Of a stretch of DNA of 64,000 bases, positions 1 to 12,400 are shown one piece after another. Both the position numbers and the translations under genes were made by a program. This DNA is from Antedon mediterranea. Its lineage: Eukaryota > Animalia > Echinodermata. The notes under the pieces were generated by a model that saw only the letters and a list, made by a program, of their open reading frames with translations, did not search any database and was not told the DNA's origin. Where the stretch lies: contig NC_092672.1 of assembly GCF_964355755.1 (NCBI RefSeq), positions 13,950,001-14,014,000 on the forward strand, written 5' to 3'. The number at the start of each line of letters is the position of its first letter. Position 1 is the first letter of the stretch.

Positions 1-408
1 AAGTACAAACTACATTAACTACTGTAACTGAAAAAGAGTGAGTTAAATAATGTTTTGAAAGATCCTGATAGAAAAACACTTTTTACAAGAATATATGTGT
101 GATAATAATGGATATTAAAATAATAAACAATTCCTGATATATATAAATATATAATAAAGTATAAACAAAATACAATTAGTTGAATAATATTATAATTAAT
201 GAATTATGTGTATTTCAAAACCTGATGAATAACTTTGTCAAAGCTTTGATTACATTTCTTGATTTGTGTATTTAATTTCTATAAATTTAAATAAGTTGAT
301 ATATGTTTTGCTTTAAACTATAAATAATAAAATTTGTAAGAAAAAACATGGATTTTTAACCACAGAATTGTTGTTTTTCCAATAACTTACCTATCGGTTT
401 TTATTTAG

Positions 409-3400
409 AAAAATACTGATGATGAAGGGCCATTAGACTTTAATACCAAACAAAGAAATGATGATCCAGGAACATACTTCACAGATGGACAAAGAAAAAT
501 TGGTGAGTTTGCAATATATTTTACTATCAAAAAAGATACACAGGTTGGCTTTTAAATGTAGTAAAAACATTCCAAGTACAATTTCAGTCATTTTGATATT
601 CATTCTCGCCATTTTTGGGAAAAAAAACCACAGACTTTTTTTATAAAGATAGATGGTTCATGGCCTCCATGGTTTGTAATTCAATGTACAATGATTTTCA
701 TAAAAGGTTGTATAAATGCAGCTGACAGACTGAATTCCTATGAATAATTGCACTGTGAATAAATATGTGTAGTGAATTGGTAATTAGGTTTGCTTGAGCT
801 TCATTTGTTTGCTGTTAGGTTTTTTATTTTGAATAGCCAGGGCTTTTTGAAAATTTGTGATAACAAAATTTGATTTGCAAGTGTTTTAATTTTATTCTTT
901 TATTTAATTTGTAATCATGTTGTATAATAATGTATGTTGTTTTTTTTTCAGATTTTGTTCTTGTTACTGAAGAAGAAAAATTAACAGAGAAGCAACAACA
1001 AAAGAAAGACAAGGAGAAGCGAGAGCAAATAGAAGCTGGGGAAGAAGATGTAGATGTGCTGCATGACAAATGGAAGAAGAAGTTTTTGCATCATTTATCT
1101 CGAGCTGGGCTGGAGATGGAAGAGGATGTTGTTGAAAGCGAGAAGAAAATTGTCACGTATACAAAGCTTCATGCCCCGTGGAGTGTACTTGTATTCTACG
1201 CTGAAGAATTGAGTTTCAAATCACCATTGCAGGTACAGGAGAACCCTATTACAGGGACACATTAATAGGGTGGTCCTTGATTAAGAATTTGGGCGTAGTC
1301 GTAAAACATATCAGGACTGGCGTCACAAAAGCGGTACAGAATTGCAACCCCAAGTTTTAAATTATTAAGCCCTGAAGTTCACAATGTGAAAAACGGTCTA
1401 ACGATGCAATTAAGTGACCGGACTGGAGCTTGAACCCACAACTAATTGTGCAACCCTCCTCTCTTGGCCACTGAACTATACTTGCTCCAGCTGCATGTTA
1501 TACTGTACATTATTTTATTCTTTAAATATTACACAGGCACATCCTAATCCAAGTTCAAACTGGTCATCCAAAGTGTTGAACTTTTTCCACATTCCAAACA
1601 TGATGGCGCAACAAGTACCAAACCAGCCTCTTGATTACTTCACTTGCCCATTCAAACGCTCCAAACTTGACAAGTAAGTTCACTTTATATTAGTAGTGTC
1701 ATTTATCTACAGTATATATGTGAATGCCAATAGTTTTTGTTAATTTAATAGCAAAATACTCTATTAAAGATATTTTAAAGTTTCAACTTTTTAAATAATA
1801 TTTAAAATTCCTCACTATTGAAACTAATGGCCTATTTAGTTCCATGTGGGTGTTTATTTGAGAGGGACATTTATTACGAATAAATGTGGTAATACTAATA
1901 TACAAAATGTGCATTATTTAATCTGTTATATTTTTTGTTTAGACCAATAATTAACATTTACTGTAACAATTTAATTAGGTGAATATAATTGTTGTCTAAA
2001 ACTAGAAAAAATGGTAATAAATATAATTACAAGTTATTTTGCTTACATTTACATTACAATTATATTATACAATTTTTTTTACTGTTTTTTAACTTATATT
2101 AAATAATAAGAATGAACTTCACTTGTATACTTAATGCTATCTTTCTTTTTAACCTGTATGCCAATTGATAATGGTACACTGCATTTTGCATTCAGTGCTG
2201 CCATTATGTAAACTTCTATAAACTAATTGATTTTATACAACAAATTCCAGGCTACTATTATTGGTTAATGACACATTTGTATTGTTCTGTATTTGCATAT
2301 TTGAAATGTTTTGTTTACTGCATTGATTTCAGCTTCAACAATGATTCTTTTCACAACTTTCAAGGTATACTGGATTTGCTTTCACACTAGCATGTCATTT
2401 TGAGTGCTTGATGTATTCATTTGGAATTGCCTTCATTTGTACCCATTCCACACTAAACAAAAATTAACAAATGGTTATCCTACAATTTGTGTAATACGAA
2501 TTGCATGTTTAGATTTGAGTATAGAATTCAATATGAGGCACTAAAATGTAGGAACTATTTGATCAGAAAAGGTGTCCACATATGGTGAATATATGAAAAC
2601 ACACTTTGCCGAGCTTTGGTGTACTTTATTAGCTTTGAATTAATACTGCAATAATGTAGGCGTACATACAAGACATTGAATTAATGAATGATTGCATGAA
2701 ATTAATCAATTACAATTTTTGTCCTGAAACAGTTAAAAAAAACTATCCTGGTAATTCTAGCAAAGTATAACTAATATATATATTGATTAACATTGTCCTC
2801 AAGGTGGAGTATGTCAATCACTTTATTTTGGCTATTGAGTGAGTATTTAAAAAAAAGTGAACATTTGAATGGCTATCCTTGTCCTGCGAGTATTTAAAAG
2901 TGCACATTTGATTGGCTATCCATGTCCTGTAAGTATTTAAATGCACATTTGATTGGCTATCCTTGTCCTGACTCAGAGGATTAAAAGTGCACATTTGATT
3001 GTCATACAAGTGCACATTTGATTGGCGATCCTTGTCCTGCGAGAATTTAAAAATGAACATTGATTGGCTATTCTTGTCCTGCGAGTATTTAAAAGTGAAC
3101 ATTGATTGGCTATCCTTGCCCTGCGAGTATTTAAAAGTGCACATTTGATTGGCTATCCTTGTCCTGAGATTATTTTAAACATGCGCATCACTATTTGGCT
3201 ATCCTAATCATCCTAGAGTATTTGATTGGCTATCCTCAAAGCACACTTTGATTTGCTATCCTTTTCTGAGAGTATTTAATAGAACATTTGTTAGTCCATA
3301 TTGAATAAATGCACATTCTGAGCATGCATTATTTATACACTGCTCATATTGATTATCCTTGTCTTGAGCATAGTACATCTCTTTCACTTTGATTAGCATG

Positions 3401-6400
3401 GTCCTACATTTTAAATATTAGAATAAAGTCATCAATGAATTCAACCAGCCAGTGTTTGTTATAATAAGTTTTTAATTTAAAATTGCCAATTTTTTATTTT
3501 ATTCTATTCAATTTTTAGCTATAATAAAAACATACTAACATGTGTGAACGAAGTAGCCTGAGGATTTGCAACAGTGCACTTGGCTATCTATGTAGCTCTA
3601 CAATACTCCAAACCACATACACAATAATTAAATATATTCATTAAACAGTCATTGTCTGATTATTTGTTTTTGCTTTGATTCATTATTGTATATTATAACA
3701 CATAATTAAATTCCTGCCATTTGGGTCACATGGCATGCAATAGTACATACTATTTAACAATCATGAAATAGTACTTTTTTCCATTTTTTTGTGTACAAAA
3801 AACAATTTTGGTAAAATATGAAATTCTATTTTCACCCGGGCTTTGCCTTAGGAAAATAGAATTCCTTCATTAGCCTACTATGAAATTATTTATAACATCG
3901 CACTCATAAACATTGATATTGTAATAGTCAAGTGATCATAGTCTTTGCTTGAATTGTTTGTATTTTGTATAATTTTATTTATTGTGTTTTATTCTCCTGC
4001 AATTTCTCATGTTCATAACATATTTCTCATGTAATACAGTACTTCTGTGATATACTGTATTACAAATTCTCATTTAAATCTTGTGAAAACCTGAAACTCG
4101 CAAAAAGTCTAGACCTTAGTCTAAGGTCCCACATTTTGTTTCTGTTACTATTAAAAAATTCTGAAATCAAGCCAGAAAAAAAGTACTGTACTTCTCTGTG
4201 CATTTAAAATTTAAATTAAATTCAGTTTAATTCTGAAATTGTAATTAAATAATAAAATCTTAAATAAACACTCAAGTGTAGTTGTGCTCAACAAAAGTTT
4301 GTTTGGAACTAGTGATTCGATTATGCAACAATAATTTGATTTCTAAAACCTGATGACATATCAAATAATGTCAAATGAGGTAGTCTGTAATCAATGCAGA
4401 GAAGTTCTTGCAAACTGGAACTGACTCTGTAATATAGAAACAGCAAAAAAAAAACTTTAATTAATGCTAAAAATTCTCAGTTTTATGCAATATTGATTGC
4501 ACAGAATCACTGATGCATAACATTGCATGATCATAATAAAATGTATGAACAGTTTATCATTTTTTAGTATACTTTGTTAATATGCAGTTGTCACAAAATA
4601 TACCTGTCACTTACTACTTTTTTTTTCCGAGTTAAGATATTCCTAGTATTGTTTTATTATATTATAAATAAATCACTGGTAATTGAATCTGTAGGTTTCT
4701 TGGGCATGAAAACAAGGAACATTTCTTTTCAAATACCGAACGATCTGCTATTGTTAATGAGATTCTCCAGACTGCCACATATGGCAAAAGGAAGCGTGCC
4801 GAGATCGGAATTGACCGTCTCATCTCTGAAGAGGTTTTCATGGCCGCCTTTCCACTCCATGATGTAAGTCTCAATTGTTAATATTGCACAAAGGATCCAA
4901 CATAATTTTTAAATTATGGAATATATTATATGTTTGCTTATGATGTTTGTTTATGTTTTACCATGTTTAAAGATGTATTCCCCCCCCCCCCCCAAAATGA
5001 AAGATGAATATTAATAAAAAGAAACGCAGTTTTGATATAAGTCACTTTACTATTTGTTTTCACTTATAAAAGGACAAAATAAATGCTGAATTCAACCAAA
5101 AACCCAAACTTCCAGTCAATTTGACTATTTTTTTCTTTAAATTACAATTTTTTCATGTATCATTTTTTAGATCCAATTTTAGGTCAATGTGAAAAAAATT
5201 GCATTTCAACAAAACATTTCAACAAAAAATTTTCAGGAAGACAATATCTTTAATGTTTATGTTGGGTAAAATGAAAGAAAAAAATTAATGAAACATTACA
5301 ATATTTTGTTTTTCTCAGGGCCCATATGAGAAACCTGAACATTATGTGAGTGAGGACTCTCTGAACAAACGTCAAATTCTACACGAGTACTGGGGAAGAT
5401 GGGGGTGCTGGAACAAGTATCAACCACTAGATCATATCAGGGAATACTTTGGAGAGAAGATTGGAATCTATTTTGCTTGGCTTGGTTAGTTGTAATGTAT
5501 AATATTTTTCATTCTTCTTCTTCTTTTTCATGTGCCATGTCCTACAAGAACGATGGCAGTAAAAAAGGGACATAGCCAGGATCCGACAAGGAGGTGTTCA
5601 GACACAGACAAAATCATAAAGTTAAATAGACTAATCTTATAAAAACTATGTCCATAAGGCAATTACAAATTTTAAAATAACTTGTCCTCCAAAATGTGTT
5701 CGCCGCACTATGCTATTTCTGTTGGCTATGCTGCTGCACAGCATTGTTTTTCATCGATCGAAGATGTCTTACTGGACATGAAAATGGCCTAACAATTGAT
5801 AAATTAAAGGCAATACTGTACGACATACATCAAATTGTAAGAATTTTCACTATGTTGATTGTCAGAAATGGCTATTGGACAAGTCATGGGTGGGTGTACG
5901 CTGTAGATTAAAGGGGGTTTGCTGTAAAAGGGGGATTTGGTCGAACCATTAACAAATCCCCGGCTACAGCCTGGTAAAACTTTCCAAGGAAAGTTCGATC
6001 CTCAGCAACCTGAAAACGTCTTTTTAGTTCCATTCTGTAAATATGATTCTCTGCTTTCATTAATATTCTCTGTAATAATTTTAATAACTAACGTTCCGGT
6101 CTCTGCTTTCTAAGCATTTCAAATTTGTTGTTATACTTCTTTCTGTCCTTGCTCATGTTTTGTACTATTATGGGTATACAGGGCCATACTCTAGGTAGCA
6201 AAGGATGCAGAGATACTCACAACCATCTGGTGTGGTGGCAATTAAGCTTATGCATTCTGATGAATTTATTGTTTGTGAATATGTTTAAATTGTGCACTTT
6301 TTTAAAAGGTTTTTACACGGCGTGGTTGCTGCCTGCTTCTGTGGTTGGAGTGATTGTATTTTGCTATGGCATCTTGACAATAGGAAACAACGTCCCAGCG

Positions 6401-9400
6401 TAAGTAACATTTATTGATCAGGTAGTCCTTTCTGTTTGTTATCTTGGCCATTTTAAACTTACTGATTGTTTACTAAAACATGAGTTCATACTTTATATGG
6501 AACTATATTACTAAATGAAATAAAAAATGATATTAAAAATTCGTTTTTTTAGGCAAGAAATATGTGATTCTACAGATGAATTTCTAATGTGCCCATTGTG
6601 TGATGAGCAGATCGGTTGCCCTTACTGGAACTTGTCAGATACTTGTGGACCGGCAGAGGTAAATATATAGTTATTGTTTTTATTGATTAAAACATTATTT
6701 TTATTACAGTATTTATTAACCTAAATTGTAAATATGTATTAGTTAACCACTACTAGTTCTCTGTAATTGGATTTTAAATTTTTAAACCTCATCAACACAT
6801 TTTCATCCCATAGGCTGCTCCAGCTTGAACTTGCTGGGAATTGGTAGAATTTTCCCATAGCATTCTCATTTTAAGGGTTTCCTTCCCTTATCATCTTTCC
6901 CACTACCACAAGTTTTCAGGGAGCCCCACTGGCAGAAGGTTTTTCTTGAGGTGTTCTGGTCACCACCAGGCCACTACATTTCACTTATAATCCAGCCAAT
7001 CTCAGTACCATTGACGGTGAGGCCAAACCATGCCTTAAGTTACTCATTCTGGTTACTGTACTTCATTTCTAAACTATTTTGTAAATTAATTAAGACCCTT
7101 GTTGATAATGGAATTAATAAAGAAAAAATAATTTAAGATTTGAAATGGCAAATCATTTTTTAACTCTCATTTTATTGGAAATATAAAATTAATCTGATTC
7201 TTATTTTTGATTGGTTTTTTTAAGATGGCATACCTGTTTGATCATGAAGGAACTGTGTTTTTTGCAATTTTCATGTCATTTTGGGGTAAGTTTACAAAAA
7301 TGTCTTGCTTCTGTTTATTTAGTAACATGCTTCCACCTTATTCCCAACGTGCCATAGGCATGTGATCCCTTCCTTTACTTGATATTCCTTCTACCAACTT
7401 TTATGTCTAAAATAATTTTCTAATTAGCTATTTATATTATTTTATTTACCTTTCTGATTAATATTTTCTCAATAAATCAATAAAAATTGTGAATTTTTTA
7501 CCATATTTTCTGTCACGGAAAACAATTTTCCATGTACACATTTTATATATAGAACAAATAAAGATTTGATTTGAAAATACTTTTTTTTTACTAGCCGTGT
7601 CTTTTCTTGAATATTGGAAGCGAAAGCAAGCAAGCTTGGCTCATCATTGGGATGTTTTAGGTTTTGAAGAAGAAGATGTAAGTAGAATAAATAAATTGTG
7701 TGTAATGTGTCCATCAGTTGATAGATTATACATACAGAGGCTAGTAAATTGTTGATTTCTTTGTTTTTGTGTGTGTACTGAAATATATATTCATGTTTAT
7801 CAATGCATTTATTAATCCCTCCTTGCCCTCTGTTTGATACTTGTGAAATATAAACTCTAATTTGAGAAATGTTTTCAAGTTACAAAACACAAACATAATG
7901 AAACTCTAGTGTAAATAACAGTGATCATTTGCATTGACATCACATTTTTCCCATAGTACTTAGAGATTCGCCATCTTGGTGGGCAAACATTGCGTTTGCG
8001 ACGGCCTTTTTTGTAATATAGAGGCTGTCGTCGAAATGGATTACTTTTATTATAGCTGTTCGCATTGTGTTAACAATCAATAATTGTATATCAGTGAGTG
8101 AGTGAGCACGTACAACTTTTTTTGCTCTCGATATTCACTTTTCAAAGAGATATTTATCTTAGTTTTTTCCCGATTGTTTCATAATCATCGTCAATAGCAT
8201 CTAGGACTTATCATGTAAACTTTTAAAGATGATGGTCAATGCTCTGTCGGTGTAAATAAGCAGTGAGTATTTTACCCCCATGATTCCGCATCTATTGCCA
8301 ATGGCTCGCCGTTGAAAGCACTGCAAGGCTAATTATTGCTGTTCTAGCCATATGCAAATCAAAATCCTTCAATAAGGTTACCAAACATCTGCGTCACTTA
8401 TGCAAATTAGTAAATTTGGCCGAAATTACCAGCTGTGATTGTGACCTGATATGTAAAACAGTTAACCGGTGGTACTGTATAAAAGCAAGTGTAATCATGG
8501 CCCCGAAGTTAGATGTTGATAAGCTGAAGAAAGACTTGCTTCAGGAGCTGACTACTTCTATTACTGAAACATTGAACAAAGCATTTGATAAGCTGCAGGA
8601 GCAAATCAGTAATATAGAAACCAGAGTGGACTATTTAGAACAATATTCACGTCGTAATAACCTTAGATTCTACGGTTTACAGGACTCGACAAAGTCAACT
8701 GATGATTTGGTGGCGGAGGTTATTCGCGACAAAATGGGTATCACTTTCAAGTCCGACGATATTGAAGTATCTCATCGAATCGGTCCTATTACTGACAAGC
8801 CTAGGCCAATAATTGTTCGGTTCAATTCAATCAGGACTTGTAACAATGTGTTTGCAGCCAAATCCAAACTGAAGGGTATGCCGGTTTATATCTCGGAAGA
8901 CTTAACAAAAGCAAATTTCAATCTTTTTTGGAAGGTGAGACACCATAATGGAGTTCAACGTGCCTGGACAAGCATATCAAGGATGAAAATGACTTTGAAC
9001 GACTGATTGCTGAACATTAGGAACGTTAAAACTGTGCGGTGTCATTAACAGTTCGTTTCTTACCGACAGAATATGGACCATTATTTGTTGATTTAAGATA
9101 GAAAAAACGTGTTCTCTTGTTTTTATGTTAATGTTTACTATGTTCGTTTGGCTAAGTGTTCTCATGATCATAGGCATCTTGGTGTAATGCTTAATGCAAA
9201 ACTCAAGTGGGATTTCCATATCCAATCTGTAATTAACAAAGCGTCTTTATCTTTAAATATGCTACGTCGTGTCAAACATATTCTACCTCGACAGGCTCTC
9301 TGTCACATTTACATATCACATGTTAGACCATTAATGGAATATGCAGCTTCTGTTTGGCCAGATAAATTAAGTGATGAACTAGAAAATATCCAGATTTCTG

Positions 9401-12400
9401 CAGGTAGAATATGTACTGGTGCGTGGAAACATACAAGTCATAATGCATTAAGACAAGAATTAGACTGGTTATCATTGAAAAAACGTAGACAATTTCTTAA
9501 CCTAATACTGTTTTTTTAAATTATTCATAAGTTAACACCAGTGTATCTTTACTCCTTATTTAATTTTTCTGACAATATTGAAGTTTATAACTTGCGTAAC
9601 ATCCTAAATATAATAATTCCATTTTGTAAGACCACATCATATCGTTTATCTTATGTCCCATCTATTATAACACATTGGAACGAGTTAAATAATGAAATAA
9701 AAAATTTGTCATCTCTTGTTGAGTTTAAAAAATTGCTACTGAAAACCAATTTGTTTAAAACAAAAAAAAACGTTCTTATTACAATACAGGTGATAAGAAG
9801 ATTAACCAAATTCACACTAGAATCCGACTTGGTTTCAGCTGTCTCAATTCGCATTTATTCTTACATGGACTTCGGGACAATCCAAATTGTACTTGTGGCT
9901 TTAATGTTGAGAATCCGCTTCATTTCTTATGTTACTGCCCTAATTATAATACACAAAGAGATATTCTACTTGTAAGCGCTAACTCAATTGTTGAGGATAT
10001 CTTAGCCAAGGATTTTTCTTTAACATATAATTTTAAATTTTTAAGTGAAATTTTTATTTCTGGTTCCGATAATCTTTCGAATTGTGAAAATGCTTTATTA
10101 TTTTATTATGTACAACAATTTCTTGTTAATTCTGGAAGATTTGAATGATGTTTCTGTTAGTTTTTTGTTTTAAAATGTTGTATTTGTTAATCTGAGGTGC
10201 CTTGAAGCTAAGGTGGTTCCATCTTGTAAGGCGCCTCTGTGTAATTTACTGAATAAAAATAAAAAATAAATAAAAAAATAATTGTATATAATACCACTCA
10301 ACCTACTCTACATTTGATTTATTTGCACTTGAAACCTGATTGAATGGCATAATAAAATGTTTATAAAATTTAGTAATAAGTTGAATATATTGCATAAATT
10401 ACAGTATTAGAAATTCACCAATTTTCTCTTTATCTTTAGGAGAGACCAAGACCAGAATTCTGTGCCAAGGCCCCATGTATGGAGGCTAATCCTATTACTG
10501 GGGTGATGGAACCATATTTTCCAGATGACACTAGAGCTAGACGATGGCTTACAGGTCTGGGGATTTTGTGTGGAATGGTATGCTATTCAGTTACACTATA
10601 TAGTTTTTTTCTCACTTCTATATAATTTTAAAAACTATAGGATTTAAACAACCAAATAATAGTAATTATATACTGGATTTATAAAGCAAATGATGAAACT
10701 GTACATATTACCCCGGTCATTTTTGGATCAAACATGTATGGAAACATTCTGTACTCCCATAATGCAGCTATCAGCGCAACTTGTGTTTTGACCATACCAA
10801 GCTACTGTAGCCATGGATGAGAGGCAAACATAAGTAAAGTCTCTTGTAAAGGATACAAGCAATTAAAAAAGCGCTGGAAATGAACTCATGATCAGTAGTC
10901 CATTGTCACATTTTATCATATACTGTACATCAACAGGTATTTCCATTTCTGCGATGCATTTTCATGTTTTACAAATTTAGGAATATAAATAAAAGTTTAA
11001 GTTGATCATTGTGTAGGTCACAATTCGAATAAAAAACAATTATTGTCTTTGCTTATTGATAGTTTATCTTTATAAATTCTATTTAATTTACTTTTAATTG
11101 TGCATGTTTATATCTTGTCATATTGAATTTTTGAAGGGTCCCTAATAATGAGCTTCGGCTGGATGGACCATCCTCATAAAATATTGTTGAAATAAGTAAA
11201 TTATTGTCCATTGAATTTTTAAGTGTTCCTGGAAGTCAGTGTTATGTTCATTTACTCTCTAGAGATTTGTTTCTGCACACACTCTATACCTTATTGGTTG
11301 ATAGAGTTGCACCTCGATGTGGGCTTTGTTTTTCTGTAAAATAAAGATTCTTTAAAATGATCAACAGTCATTATCATTTTGTATAAATAATATAATATTT
11401 TTTTCAAATTTAGGTTGTAATTGTGATCATATTTATGCTTGGTGTGATCATGTATCGTGTGCTCATCAGTATTCCGCTCTTTCAAAACAAGGCTCTGCGA
11501 TCACAAGCTCAATCTATTGCTAGCATGTCTAGTGCTGTTGTTAACCTGATACTGATCATGTCATTGGGTCAAGTGTATCAGCTTCTGGCACAGATTCTAA
11601 ATGATTGGGGTAGGTTTAATTACAATAGAGAAATGCACTATACCATTATTCAATTCAATTCAATTTCTTTATTGCTGCAAATGCCATCAAGGGCTAATAT
11701 CCGCTTAAACATGCTACATCATACAAACATATACATTACATTATACAGGCATATATTCGTTAAAATTAGTTGACAACTCCATATTTGTGTTATAATTGAA
11801 CCACATTGCATTAAGGCGTATTATAACACACCTACTTGTTTTTTTTGCAATATGATTGGTTAATTTTTATTTCTATCCTGATATATCTATCATAGTCGCA
11901 AATAGATTTTTCTGATCAGTAAATTTCTATTTTTAGAAATGCATCGAACCCAGACAGAATATGAAGATAATCTTACTTTCAAAGTCTTCATTTTCCAATT
12001 TTGTAACTTCTACTCATCTATATTTTACATCGCCTTCTTTAAGGGCAAGTAAGTACAGCATATGATCGGAAAAATCTATATTATTTAATGAGGAAAGACG
12101 ATGTATTGATTATATCAGATCATCATAAGTTCTATCCTGTGTTATGTAATCATAATCAGTGCCATTGGTAATATATGATTGGTCATATTATACAATAACT
12201 TGAATGTTAAAATAGTGAAAGTTAATAGTGTAGCTTACTCCTTTATCCATTTTTTTAAGCTGCTTTCACATATTTTGGTGTAACGTTCCTGTGCTTTACC
12301 ATTGAACACATTGTGCACGATATTTTTATCAGATTGCACCGTCCGAGAAGTGAAAGTAGCTTTACATAAATATATTATCTTTTTTTTTTAAACTAGAAAT

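Noticed and set aside
2818-3144. 108-aa repetitive ORF
   Set aside because: Translation of the 43-bp minisatellite.
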